The translations under genes and the position numbers were made by a program. The notes under the pieces were generated by a model. It did no database searches and was not told where the DNA came from. It saw only the letters and a program-made list of their open reading frames with translations. Shown here piece after piece: positions 18,655 through 28,717 of a stretch of 64,000 nt of DNA. The stretch is from Euryarchaeota archaeon UBA463 (GTDB lineage: Archaea; Thermoplasmatota; Poseidoniia; Poseidoniales; Thalassarchaeaceae). The DNA lies in assembly GCA_002501805.1 (NCBI GenBank), contig DAOI01000011.1:7641-71640 (forward strand), given 5' to 3'. The number at the start of each line of letters is the position of its first letter. Within the stretch, counting starts at the first letter, position 1.

Positions 18655-19815
18655 TCACTGTTTTGGAGTGATGGCGAATACTTCTGCACTACTGATAATA
18701 TCTGTCTCAATTAAAACATAATCAGAATCCCTCTTTCTAGGAGTATATCCTGACCTGAGAATAATTTTCTGAAGCTCTATCTCAGAAGCCATAGTTTTGC
18801 TTGTCCCGGAAGCGGATACTACGTTCTCCTCCATCATTGTAGAGCCTGCATCATCAGCTCCGCCCGTTAGTGCTAGCTGAGCTATCTCCAGTCCCATGGT
18901 AGGCCATGAAGCTTGGATATGAACTATATTATCAAAGAAAATCCTAGATACGGCCACATGTCTCAAATATTCTGTAGAAGAAGCACCCAAGCGTATTCTA
19001 TTTTGACCTCTATTTCTAGCTCCAAAAGAATTGTTTTCCAATTGAACTGGCCAAGAAATAAATGATGTAAATCCGACATTACCAGAAGAAATTGTATTAT
19101 CTTGGGCTGTTCTAATTCTATCCATATGTAGAATCCTATCTGCTCTACTTTCACCGAATCCTATGACATTTGTTGCAGATGTAGTTAGACCGATTTCCTG
19201 TGCTTCGCGCATGACTCTTATCCAATTATCAGCGGAGCCTTTCTTAGGAGAGATATCCATCCTAACTGAGTCTACTAGCATTTCAGCTCCTCCTCCAGGC
19301 AGGCCGTGCATTCCTGCATTTTTCAAGCTCAATAGTACTTCAGAGGTGGATAAATCGCAAACCTCGGCAATTCCCTCAATTTCTATTGGTGAAAAGCAGT
19401 CCAGGTCGATAGTTGGATGAGATATACGTAATCTAGAAATTAAATCGGTATACCATTCCAATTTAAGATCGGGATTCACTCCTCCCTGCATTAGAATTCT
19501 GGATCCACCGATTTGTTCTAATTCAGTAACTCTCGTGCTAATCTGTTCGAAGTTCTGTGTATATGCCTCCTTGTGGTCAGGAGGCCTGTAAAATGAACAG
19601 AATTGACAATTAATTGTGCATGCATTGGTATAATTGATGTTCCTATCAACAAGATAAGTCACTTCATTACCGGGTACTATTCTTTTCCTCACGACAGAGG
19701 CCACATGCATTAGATCGTTCAGATTAGCATTTTCGTAAATCTCAATGGCCTCATCTACAGTAATCCTTGGAGGATTATCTTGCAGTTGAGACTTTAGTAT
19801 ATCGGAATGACTCAT
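18655..19815 (-). CDS. radical SAM enzyme of the MqnC/MqnE/CofH family (futalosine-pathway menaquinone biosynthesis likely)
   Basis: NINYTNACTINCQFCSFY CxxxCxxC cluster motif, GLPGGGAEML and TSATNVIGFGES. 386 aa. Confidence 0.7.
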   Translation of the reverse strand: MSHSDILKSQLQDNPPRITVDEAIEIYENANLNDLMHVASVVRKRIVPGNEVTYLVDRNINYTNACTINCQFCSFYRPPDHKEAYTQNFEQISTRVTELEQIGGSRILMQGGVNPDLKLEWYTDLISRLRISHPTIDLDCFSPIEIEGIAEVCDLSTSEVLLSLKNAGMHGLPGGGAEMLVDSVRMDISPKKGSADNWIRVMREAQEIGLTTSATNVIGFGESRADRILHMDRIRTAQDNTISSGNVGFTSFISWPVQLENNSFGARNRGQNRIRLGASSTEYLRHVAVSRIFFDNIVHIQASWPTMGLEIAQLALTGGADDAGSTMMEENVVSASGTSKTMASEIELQKIILRSGYTPRKRDSDYVLIETDIISSAEVFAITPKQ

Positions 19816-21129
19816 CTACAAAGCACTCCCGACGATTGATTCTATTTCATCGATTGTCTTAGGGCACATCTCGGTAAGCACCACAGGACCATCTTCAGTG
19901 ATTAATACATCATCCTCAATTCTTACTCCGATGCCCGAGTATTTTTTTGGTACTGAAATATCATCCCTCCATGAGGCGAAGTATAATCCCGGTTCGACAG
20001 TGACAACCATGCCGGGAGTTAGTTCTGGACCAGGTTTGCCACCTTGCCTGCCCCCACCAACATCATGCACATCTAGTCCTAACATATGTCCAGTACCATG
20101 CATGAAAAATTTTCTATATTCGCCATCAAAGTTCTTTCCTAGTGCCTCTTCGTACGAACAATGAAGAATTCCTAAGTCTATCAATCCCTTGGCTAATACC
20201 TCGGAAGCGGCTTTATGCATATTTGCCCATGGAGAGCCAGCTTGACAGGCCTCTATTGCTGAAATTTCAGCCTTCAGGACTAGTTCGTATATGTCTCTTT
20301 GAGGTCGGGTAAACTTACCGGAAACTGGCCATGTTCTGGTTATATCGGATGCATATCCATTAACTTCACACCCAGCATCAACCAATACCAGTTCATTATC
20401 TCCAATAGTTTCTGAGTTTGTGTTATAGTGTAGGATAGTTGAGTTGTCTCCACCACCAACAATAGGATTGTAGCTGTTTGTACTCCTGCACATTGTGAAA
20501 TGTCCCTCTATTGAGGCCTGAATCTCCCACTCACCAATGCCTGGCCTAGAGATGGCCATTGCCCTGACATGTGCATCGGAGGAAATTGAGGAAGCTGTCT
20601 TCATTATTTCTATCTCGGAGTCTGATTTAATGGATCTCATCTCATCCAAATGAACACGCGGGTCTAGTATTTCCTTATCCCAGTACTTTTGTACAATATT
20701 ATCGATTTCAGGATCTATTCCAATAATTAAGTAAAGATTTGAATATTCACTTAATCGGGCCTTAATGGAATTTTCAAAATCTAAAATTGAGTTTGACGAG
20801 TCTACCGGCCATTTACTGAGCGCTCCTTCGGGACCAATGATCCTACCCTCCCATATCTCCTTCTCAGTTTCTCTTGGCTTAACGTACAGTGTTGTTTCCC
20901 GTGAACCATTAGAGTTACTTATTGATAATACTGAGTTCGGCTCTAACCAGTTGGACAGATATATCATGTACGAATTTGCCCTGTAAGGATACTTGGTATC
21001 ATTTGACCTTACTGAGGTTAAGTTATTGGGTATGATTAATAGAGAATTAGGTAGAGCTTTGGATATTAGATCATCCTGACGTTGGAAGAACTCTGACTTG
21101 CTTACTACGCTATCTTCCATGATTGCCAC
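19816..21129 (-). CDS. pepP: Xaa-Pro aminopeptidase (M24B)
   Basis: Metal-ligand motifs DAGCEVNGYASDITRT, HGTGHMLGLDVHD and VEPGLY...RIEDDV, plus an N-terminal AMP_N-like domain. Confidence 0.85.
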   Translation of the reverse strand: MAIMEDSVVSKSEFFQRQDDLISKALPNSLLIIPNNLTSVRSNDTKYPYRANSYMIYLSNWLEPNSVLSISNSNGSRETTLYVKPRETEKEIWEGRIIGPEGALSKWPVDSSNSILDFENSIKARLSEYSNLYLIIGIDPEIDNIVQKYWDKEILDPRVHLDEMRSIKSDSEIEIMKTASSISSDAHVRAMAISRPGIGEWEIQASIEGHFTMCRSTNSYNPIVGGGDNSTILHYNTNSETIGDNELVLVDAGCEVNGYASDITRTWPVSGKFTRPQRDIYELVLKAEISAIEACQAGSPWANMHKAASEVLAKGLIDLGILHCSYEEALGKNFDGEYRKFFMHGTGHMLGLDVHDVGGGRQGGKPGPELTPGMVVTVEPGLYFASWRDDISVPKKYSGIGVRIEDDVLITEDGPVVLTEMCPKTIDEIESIVGSAL

Positions 21130-21172
21130 CCGATATATTCCTACTTAGTGATGAGGGTAAATTGTATTCTTT

Positions 21173-22747
21173 CTAGTCATTCCACTTTGGTATTTGCATG
21201 TCATCGGTCCTTCTGGAATAGAATATTGAAGATACAAAGAACAAAATCGAAATCAGTAAAACAATTACGGCAATGGGGAAATCATTTCCTTGATCTGAAC
21301 GGGATAATTCTACTGTAATTGTAGAAAAGTCATCATCGTCATCAATTACTTCAAGAGTCAAAAGAAGGGTATCATTAGCATCACCTTCTGGCCATACCAG
21401 AGTTCTTTCACAGCCTTCGTAAATAGTCCTGAAATTAATCTTCCAAACGCATCTAAGGCCATCTAGATCATTTGTTGTGTCTATGGAGTCGGATGCATCT
21501 AGTGTCCATTCATCTAAGTCGGGGAGTTTGAAATTATCTCCATCAGTTAGAGACTGGTCCGAAACAACTAATTTAGCCACTGGAGGTAGATTTTCTATAG
21601 AAAAGGAAGTACTTGTGTAGTCTGTTTTTCCTTGAATATCGGAAACTAGAAGAGATAGCTCAAAATTACCTGAAATAACATCCTGAACTATGAAATAACT
21701 AAATTCACCACCTTCTTTAATCTCCATTAGAACATTACCTGATGTTTCCAAACTGACTAGGGTCCAGACATAATTCAAACCTTCCTTTCCCCAATATTGA
21801 TCATATGATGATCCAGCATCAAAAATTAAATCGCCATCTCCTTCCATGGAGGAGGAAACCCCTTCAATAATTGCTACTGGATCAGAATTATCGATCTTTG
21901 AAACGAAGCATAGCGATTGCATTATTGAAGAGCTTTGATGTGAAGATGTGAATAGCCATAATGAGAACCAACCGTCTTCAAGCATTGATGAGTCTACAGT
22001 CTCAGAAAATTCACCATATGATGAAAAATTACTAATAGAATCTGCAATATCTCCTGAAATGTCGTCGAAGGATGATATTTCAGGATTTTCTGAGCACGCG
22101 TTTGCAGAGTTATCAGAACTAATTGCCATTGTTAAAACATCTACTGGAAGATTATTTTGAGAGAAAGTCCGACCTGAAATTTCTATTCGCTCGCTGAAAG
22201 TAAGATATTCCCCATTTACGATTGCCCAATCATCTATAACTAGTGCAGGCATGTTAGTAACTCCGGTAAAGAATACACTAGAGATTGATGATGACAGATG
22301 ATTAGCCGATGTTGTCACACTGATAAAACAAGTACAGTTAGTAATTGAGGATGAATCGATGGTGAATTCCCATAACCATCTTGATAGCCCATCATCTTGA
22401 TTTGACGTAGATGGATATATTTCCAAGGAAGTCGGGTTCGATACGTTCGTCGTAATACCGTCACTGGAGAGTCTAATGATTTGCCACTCCGTAGAGTCGG
22501 GTAAAGTTGATGCGACGGTAAAACCAGATATTGTATTATTACCGGATAAAGTCATACCTAAATCTTGATCAAAGCCTAACAATGGCGGATCTGAGATATC
22601 CATGTTATCCGAGTAAAATTGGTAATTATCATCATCAATCAACGAATCTGTAGAATGAAATGAGAGTATGATTAGCAGTGAGAACAGCATTGCCAGTTTG
22701 CTACTCATGACTTTCGCTAATAGGGAAGTGATTTGAACTTCTTGCAA
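21173..22747 (-). CDS. exported, C-terminally anchored surface protein with PKD-like domains
   Basis: Signal peptide MSSKLAMLFSLLIILSF. PKD-like segments (PVAIIEG...LIFDAGSSYD...YVWTLV; PPVAKLVV...LDASDSIDTTNDLDGLRCVWKI). C-terminal TM helix IAVIVLLISILFFVSSIF. Confidence 0.6.
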   Translation of the reverse strand: MQEVQITSLLAKVMSSKLAMLFSLLIILSFHSTDSLIDDDNYQFYSDNMDISDPPLLGFDQDLGMTLSGNNTISGFTVASTLPDSTEWQIIRLSSDGITTNVSNPTSLEIYPSTSNQDDGLSRWLWEFTIDSSSITNCTCFISVTTSANHLSSSISSVFFTGVTNMPALVIDDWAIVNGEYLTFSERIEISGRTFSQNNLPVDVLTMAISSDNSANACSENPEISSFDDISGDIADSISNFSSYGEFSETVDSSMLEDGWFSLWLFTSSHQSSSIMQSLCFVSKIDNSDPVAIIEGVSSSMEGDGDLIFDAGSSYDQYWGKEGLNYVWTLVSLETSGNVLMEIKEGGEFSYFIVQDVISGNFELSLLVSDIQGKTDYTSTSFSIENLPPVAKLVVSDQSLTDGDNFKLPDLDEWTLDASDSIDTTNDLDGLRCVWKINFRTIYEGCERTLVWPEGDANDTLLLTLEVIDDDDDFSTITVELSRSDQGNDFPIAVIVLLISILFFVSSIFYSRRTDDMQIPKWND

Positions 22748-22753
22748 TATTGA

Positions 22754-23800
22754 TTATCGATCTGAAATTCTTAACTTCCAAGAAAGCTCTTCCAGCCAAA
22801 GCTGTAACGTGGAGCTATCGACGAATTCCTGGCTGGCTTCTGCGGACAAGATACATTCGCAAGCAGCGGCTGAAAGAGCTGCAGCATCTACGACATCCAA
22901 ACCATTTCCTAGGGCGGCCGCTAGAGCAGTAGCAGCAGCATCGTTAAGCCCGATTTGTTGTTTGGGAGCATCTGCCCTGCAGGGAAAGAATACTCTACTC
23001 CCATTATCAGAATGGAGTGTTACTCCATTGACCCCCCCTAAGACCAGCAATGCGCCCCAATCGTAGGTTTCGATAAGTTGGCTGGCGGCTTCATCCAAAG
23101 AAGTGGTCATTAGCCTTTTATTTTGAAGCTCGAGGCCTCTGATGCCAAAAATAACTATATCAGCACCCCTACTTCTAGACAAACCGGTTAGCTTTGGGTC
23201 GACAATGCAGGGAATTCCTAGATTCTTGGCGGCTGAGATTAATACTTCTGAGCCCTCCTCTGTAATGACGCCCTTATTATAATCAGAAATCACTAAGGCT
23301 TGGCTTCCTGATAATGATTTCAAGGATGCCTTGGTTAGGAACTCGCTGATACTAGGATCTAGCTCATCTAGAGGTCCTCTGTCGGCCTGAAGTAATATTT
23401 GTTCTTGGTCAAGTAGATTCTCCCTACTGCCATAGAATCTTATTTTTGTTAATGTATTTCTTCCCTCGACTTCGATTATACCAGAAGTATCTATCCCGTC
23501 TTCACCAAGAGTTTTGATTATGCATTTTCCTTCATTATCGTCTCCAACGGAGCTATGCAGATCGACGGACAGTCCTAATGAGCTAAGTCCTCTTGCAATG
23601 TGGGCGGCTGCTCCTGGAGATTCCTCGGAGTAAATGACCCTAAGAGCAGGTACAGGAGCAGTAGAATTGAGATTATTAGCATAACCATGATGGTATCTAT
23701 CCAGCATAACGTCACCAATCAGTGTAACCCTAGTTCCTTCAACTTCCCCCAAAAGAGTGACCAGAGTTTGTAGTGATTCGGCTTCATTGTACACTGACAT
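22754..23800 (-). CDS. PfkB-family sugar kinase, RfaE/HldE domain-I-like
   Basis: VTLIGDVMLDRYHHG N-terminal motif typical of heptose-7-P kinase domain I, and the C-terminal GLNDAAATALAAALG anion hole. Start set at the Met at 23800; the ORF-track start is 23860. Confidence 0.7.
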   Translation of the reverse strand: MSVYNEAESLQTLVTLLGEVEGTRVTLIGDVMLDRYHHGYANNLNSTAPVPALRVIYSEESPGAAAHIARGLSSLGLSVDLHSSVGDDNEGKCIIKTLGEDGIDTSGIIEVEGRNTLTKIRFYGSRENLLDQEQILLQADRGPLDELDPSISEFLTKASLKSLSGSQALVISDYNKGVITEEGSEVLISAAKNLGIPCIVDPKLTGLSRSRGADIVIFGIRGLELQNKRLMTTSLDEAASQLIETYDWGALLVLGGVNGVTLHSDNGSRVFFPCRADAPKQQIGLNDAAATALAAALGNGLDVVDAAALSAAACECILSAEASQEFVDSSTLQLWLEELSWKLRISDR

Positions 23801-23874
23801 GGCACTTGGAGAGGGAGACAGGAAATGATATTTCTGGACCGAGGGAATGAAATTGAACACCCTTTAGGAAGAGC

Positions 23875-24858
23875 ATGGAGCGTAATCACGGACTTTGGCA
23901 TTTTAAAGAAAAGTCTGCTGATAGATTATGGCATAAGTCTGCAATTGGTAAGCCTGCTGAAGGAGGGGGACTACACATGAATACAGTAGAGCTCCTCTTC
24001 TGTGTGAACCATAGAAACATAGATCCGCCCGATGGAAACTTGATTCTAGATGAATTGAAAGAAAACCCAAATTTTCTCGTCCAATATGCCGCTATGGAAG
24101 CTCTAAGGATTCCAGGAAATAAGGTAGTCCTGAACATAGATCAATGGAATTCTAACTATGATTTTGAAAAAAATAGTTGGGCTATGAGATGGCCTTCAAA
24201 CTTACATCCAAGGGAAAGTGACCCTGTTTCGGAGTTACAAATATTCAATTCAAATGATGCAATAGTCCCTGAGGAATTATACTCATGGTGCAAGGGGGTA
24301 GAGTACAAGGGACTAATTCCAGAAATTATAGTGGTCGACGAGGAGGGTTCCGCTGTAACATATCGAATATCAATTGAAGACCCCCGAGGAGAGTTAGGGG
24401 AGTACTCTGAAATTGATATTGATACTGACTCGTTATATGAGATATCTAGTGGAGGATATTTCATAGCTAATTTGGATATTGAAGAAGACAGAGTTTCTGA
24501 AAGATTACTCGGTGGAGGAATTACCAATTCCGCATTTAGATCATTGTTAGATGGAGAAGAAGATACACGTGCCATAGTTTTACTTGATTTGTTGAACAGA
24601 GGTCTAAATCCAAAATCAGGATTTAAGTATGGGACAAAGTGGAGGTGTTATGAGGGTAATGTTGGCGAATCTCATGCTCCCTGGTTAGTTGCAGATCCTG
24701 AGAATATTCCAAGTGACTGGAACGAAGCTTGTCTAGCTTCTAGATTGGCTTCTGGAGTAAATAAAACATGGTTAATGCCTATTTTCATAAGTAGTGAGAT
24801 TGACTATATTTCTATTTCTCGGCCACCAACTGATTCAAGGTGGAGCACTCCACGTTAG
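23875..24858 (+). CDS. endA: tRNA-splicing endonuclease, tandem-domain (alpha'2-like) form
   Basis: The C-terminal catalytic domain KSGFKYGTKWRCYEG...SHAPWLV...RLASGVNKTWL matches the EndA Tyr/His/Lys triad context. The roughly 330-aa length implies a degenerate N-terminal repeat. Confidence 0.65.
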   Translation: MERNHGLWHFKEKSADRLWHKSAIGKPAEGGGLHMNTVELLFCVNHRNIDPPDGNLILDELKENPNFLVQYAAMEALRIPGNKVVLNIDQWNSNYDFEKNSWAMRWPSNLHPRESDPVSELQIFNSNDAIVPEELYSWCKGVEYKGLIPEIIVVDEEGSAVTYRISIEDPRGELGEYSEIDIDTDSLYEISSGGYFIANLDIEEDRVSERLLGGGITNSAFRSLLDGEEDTRAIVLLDLLNRGLNPKSGFKYGTKWRCYEGNVGESHAPWLVADPENIPSDWNEACLASRLASGVNKTWLMPIFISSEIDYISISRPPTDSRWSTPR

Positions 24859-26807
24859 TCATCTTGATCTCTTCCCAAAACGATACTAAAAGCAAGGAGT
24901 ATGGATATCGCCAGTAGTCCATTAGAAGGTTGAGAAATCCATCCTAATATCCCATCTCCCGTTAGAGAAGACTCGGCAATTAGTGTAACCTTGACCCTCT
25001 GCTCCACAGAGTAATCGTCCTGGAATACAATCTCCCCCCTCGCGTACATTCCGGGAGTCAATAGTCCGTCAGGTTGAATCGTGAGTACTAGATTATCACC
25101 AGAAAGCACCTCTCCTTGAGTTTCTGAAGTAGCAATCCTACTAACGGCCCCTTCTATGGCTATATCGTAGTTCCTGGATCCCGTACCAATCATAGAGATT
25201 GGAATGGAAATTGTTGATTCCTGGTCCCACTTTATGACGTGCTCTATCTCTTGGTAGGGGATTCTATGTCCAATGGCCTGCCAGTCTATTCTGAGATTTT
25301 CTGGAGTTTTTCCCTTGCAACCAATATTGCCGTTGAGAATACCAATCTCTTGATTCGTATCTGAAAATTGGAGAATGGGTATAGTAGTGATTCCAGCAGG
25401 TATCTCAATTTCAATTGGTTCGGGAGTTGTTAAATCGTTACTGGTATTGATTACCAGGGTACATGGTAATTGCGTATTTACTGACGCGTAGGCGCTCTCT
25501 CCTTCGATTAGTTGTATTGGCGACCTAGGTGTAAGAATCCTATCAGTGAATTCATTGTTTGGAATAATTTCCAATGAAGCGTTTGCCTGTCCAATATTAG
25601 TAATTGAAACATACCATGGAACTAACCTGCCTCTGTTATCCCTGATTAAGTGCCCTTCAGATCCAAAAGAATCACCAGTCTGGAAAGTATCCCCACTGCT
25701 CCCACTATCACGATTTCTCAGTAGAGCTTGATCTCCATCTGCCTCGATAATCATCACCCAAGGATTTTTTGGGTCTCTATTGACTGTATTGTCATTTGTG
25801 TTTCCATTATTTCTATCTAGATATTCCACAATAAGTCCAGCACCGGGAAGGGCAGAGTCGAAGCCACTATCTGCTCTGTAAGTAATTAGTACGGACTCAC
25901 CTGGTGCGGTGTCTATGGAAACAACTCTAGTGTTGTTTAGTGTAGAGCTCATTGGATATAAGGTAATATTTTGACTCAATTCGGGATTAACTGATTCGAT
26001 ACCGAGTCCATTGATTGTCACAAGTGTTGCACCTCCGGGCATCGCGGGTATCATGGCATTGCCATTCCAACTTCCGCTGGCCATTATATCCCAGTCTCCT
26101 AATCCATTCCAGGTTCTGGAAGGCAGGTCAGAATTAACATCATACAGGTCATATGCGCCCATCTGATGGATCATTTCATGGACAAGGGTCCCCAAACCTG
26201 ATTCAAGAGAGGAAATGGTGTAATGCTTAATTTCCCACTCGCCAATTTCAATCGGTGTTGCGAGTGTAGAGAAATGACTCCAAATTGAGTCTGCAGGTCC
26301 TCCAGATTCCTGAGCGTTCCCTGAATGCAATATAAGGAGCCTGTCTAAGGTGCCGTCTCCATTTATGTCCCAATCTGATAGATCCAATCCAGAAAGTAGA
26401 TTTTTAGCGGCAATCTCTACTAATTTATCGACACCCATTCCATTATTTCCTACGTCTCTATCATCTTGTGAGTCTGCACCCCAATATGATTCGGCAAACT
26501 CGGAAACCCAAACATCATCTGTAACGGTAACTTGCAGTGTTGAGGACCCGCCTGAGAGTTGCTGGACGTATTCCTCTGCTGAACCGTTACCCTGCAGTAG
26601 AGATGACGTGATCGACTCAGAATGTGGCGAGTTAGGGAATGAAACCCTGAGGACTAACCACCTCTCATCAATCTGTAAACCGACGAGATCTGAAGACTCA
26701 TCGGTTTCTTCGAAATCGTAATGAGAGTCTACTAAATCTGGATTCAAATTGACGAAGATGCCTCCCATGAGGATTAGGACAGCAATGACAACCCTGAGGA
26801 TTTTCAC
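24855..26807 (-). CDS. secreted M6-like (immune inhibitor A-type) zinc metalloprotease, C-terminally anchored
   Basis: Signal peptide MKILRVVIAVLILMGG, zinc site TLVHEMIHQMGAYDLYD (HExxHxxGxxDxYD) and C-terminal TM helix LLAISILLAFSIVLG. Confidence 0.75.
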   Translation of the reverse strand: MKILRVVIAVLILMGGIFVNLNPDLVDSHYDFEETDESSDLVGLQIDERWLVLRVSFPNSPHSESITSSLLQGNGSAEEYVQQLSGGSSTLQVTVTDDVWVSEFAESYWGADSQDDRDVGNNGMGVDKLVEIAAKNLLSGLDLSDWDINGDGTLDRLLILHSGNAQESGGPADSIWSHFSTLATPIEIGEWEIKHYTISSLESGLGTLVHEMIHQMGAYDLYDVNSDLPSRTWNGLGDWDIMASGSWNGNAMIPAMPGGATLVTINGLGIESVNPELSQNITLYPMSSTLNNTRVVSIDTAPGESVLITYRADSGFDSALPGAGLIVEYLDRNNGNTNDNTVNRDPKNPWVMIIEADGDQALLRNRDSGSSGDTFQTGDSFGSEGHLIRDNRGRLVPWYVSITNIGQANASLEIIPNNEFTDRILTPRSPIQLIEGESAYASVNTQLPCTLVINTSNDLTTPEPIEIEIPAGITTIPILQFSDTNQEIGILNGNIGCKGKTPENLRIDWQAIGHRIPYQEIEHVIKWDQESTISIPISMIGTGSRNYDIAIEGAVSRIATSETQGEVLSGDNLVLTIQPDGLLTPGMYARGEIVFQDDYSVEQRVKVTLIAESSLTGDGILGWISQPSNGLLAISILLAFSIVLGRDQDD

Positions 26808-26857
26808 ATGTATCGGTACTATACGTGGGCTTTCAATGCAGTGTTATATTGGATTGA

Positions 26858-27592
26858 TTAGTTATCGTTACCGCTTAATGGAACAAACTTAGAGAGGAAG
26901 TCGCAAAAAAGGATAATTGAGGCAGATATGAGTATTCTCAAACCATCAAATGTTGAGGGCAGAGTTAGAATCAGAAGACCGAGGCATATTATGATCAGTC
27001 TTGGTCTGGCCCAGTGATAGATCCCAATTTCTCCGTTTGTGAATCTGATTATTGTTAATGAATTTAACAAAACTGCCCATACAATGGTCACCCATGTAAT
27101 TCCTATTGCAAGTTTTGTTAATTCTGCCACATCATATCTGGGACTAACGTTATCTAACTCGAACAGTGAAGATGCGGTATTTGCCATCTCGGGAACAAAC
27201 CAGAACCATATTACAAAAATCAATAGTGGGAGTATGAATGAATTGATGAGAAGAACTGTCCTCAGCCATCTGTATTCGTGAGGATAGAGTCCCGGTTTTG
27301 CGAATCTGAATACCATGTATGATGAAATCGGAATTACAGTTGTCATAGACATTAATATTGAAAATGACCACTTTATTTCTACCCATTCGAAAGGCGAATA
27401 AACGACTAGATTCTTTGAATCGTCATTGAAAGTAAATGAGTGGGTCCATTCTGTCAGTAAGACAGTTGAAGCAAGAGACCAAAGTATGGAGAATAAAGCT
27501 ACTAGGATTACAGTTGACCTAATTATAGAGTACAAATCTTGGAAATGATTTGAAAGGGGCTTAGGTGATGAAAGGGAAGCATTATCTGTCAT
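26858..27592 (-). CDS. tatC: Sec-independent (Tat) translocase subunit TatC-like
   Basis: About six TM helices. SPFEWVEIKWSFSILMSMTTVIPISSYMVFRFAKPGLYPHEYRWL aligns by eye with the E. coli TatC region SPFFTPIKL...WAFIAPALYKHERRL. The C-terminal half is divergent. Confidence 0.65.
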   Translation of the reverse strand: MTDNASLSSPKPLSNHFQDLYSIIRSTVILVALFSILWSLASTVLLTEWTHSFTFNDDSKNLVVYSPFEWVEIKWSFSILMSMTTVIPISSYMVFRFAKPGLYPHEYRWLRTVLLINSFILPLLIFVIWFWFVPEMANTASSLFELDNVSPRYDVAELTKLAIGITWVTIVWAVLLNSLTIIRFTNGEIGIYHWARPRLIIICLGLLILTLPSTFDGLRILISASIILFCDFLSKFVPLSGNDN

Positions 27593-28717
27593 CTATAGAC
27601 GATCCTTGACATCGGGTGAAACTCTAGCCGCTAAAATAGTTCGATACACCCCGTAAGCGAAAAGAGCGCTGGCAAGGAATGCGCATCCCGTTAGGAAGGC
27701 GGTTAAATCGGTTACCTTGGTACCCTCTTCTACCACAGCAGGAGGGGGGAAGTAAATCGGAGTCTCAGAAGAAGCCCATCTAATGGCAATCAAAAACGAT
27801 ACTATACTCATGAGAGCCCTCCTAAGTGCTTGTGGATATGCCAGTTCGGTAGCTAAGAACTCAGGACCATCATCGTATTTTCTTTCTAGAATCTCCCTCT
27901 GCACTAATGCCCCTACTAACAGAGCCGTAAGACTGGTCCAGAAGAATAGGTTCCCCTGAGTGAAAACTCTATGTGACAAAGCCTCTTGTCTTTCAGCTTC
28001 CCTCTGGGCTTCTGATTCTTCTATCAGAAAAAGCGTATCATAGTCGCCCACAGAGACTGTCCTGGTCTCCAAAGTAGCACCCGAATCACCAGATTCAATT
28101 GTATCCGGTGAGTTTATTGTGAAAGAGAGAATATTCCACCAATCTTCATCACCTGGAGCTCCGTCCCCATTAACAGAATTTCCCGCCAACCAGAAATGTA
28201 CATGTCCTGTATCATTTGAGGGAGCGGTCCAGGTGATCTGCCATATTCCATCAGAGTCAGTTTCTGAATGAGATATATCTGATGGGGCTCCTTCAGCTTC
28301 CCTAATATCCTCACCTTCTGGCCACGAGAACTCACCAATACCATCCGATGTCATCAGGAATCCTCCCTCAGTATTGCCGTCACCACCAGAAAGTGTGAGG
28401 GAGTCTGCTACCTTGATCGTCATGTCATAGGACTGATCTAGCTCATACATGACGGGGACGCCGGTAACCATCACTACGGCTCTGGTAGATGCTGCTCCGT
28501 TATTGTGGCATGAGCACCCATACTTCACTGTAGGATCTCCATCGGAGTTCTCATAGCCCGGGCCCGAACTCATTCCCATGGCAGGAATTGACATTATAGA
28601 TAGCACCAGAAGTATCGCAAACGCCCTCTTGACACCGCCGACCATGCGCACGCCCATGTGACTATCCGGAGCATGCGACAAATAACCGTTGCTCGGAGTC
28701 ATGTACGTGTCCACCAA
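27593..28717 (-). CDS. exported Reeler/DOMON-like beta-sandwich protein with C-terminal 3-TM anchor
   Basis: Signal-like segment VKRAFAILLVLSIMSIPAMG. The pattern GCSCHNNG ... GGFLMTSDGIGEF ... ISHSETD ... WQITWTAPSNDTGHVHFWLAGNSVNGDG resembles the Reeler-domain consensus as I remember it. Three hydrophobic helices at the C-terminus. Confidence 0.5.
   Translation of the reverse strand: MVDTYMTPSNGYLSHAPDSHMGVRMVGGVKRAFAILLVLSIMSIPAMGMSSGPGYENSDGDPTVKYGCSCHNNGAASTRAVVMVTGVPVMYELDQSYDMTIKVADSLTLSGGDGNTEGGFLMTSDGIGEFSWPEGEDIREAEGAPSDISHSETDSDGIWQITWTAPSNDTGHVHFWLAGNSVNGDGAPGDEDWWNILSFTINSPDTIESGDSGATLETRTVSVGDYDTLFLIEESEAQREAERQEALSHRVFTQGNLFFWTSLTALLVGALVQREILERKYDDGPEFLATELAYPQALRRALMSIVSFLIAIRWASSETPIYFPPPAVVEEGTKVTDLTAFLTGCAFLASALFAYGVYRTILAARVSPDVKDRL

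Noticed and set aside
28480-28520. GCSCH in the Reeler-like protein as a possible c-type heme attachment site, which would be tempting given the nearby-in-genome CcmE
   Set aside because: The motif is CxCH, not CxxCH, and I know of no evidence that CxCH binds heme covalently. I kept it only as a note inside the Reeler-like protein finding.
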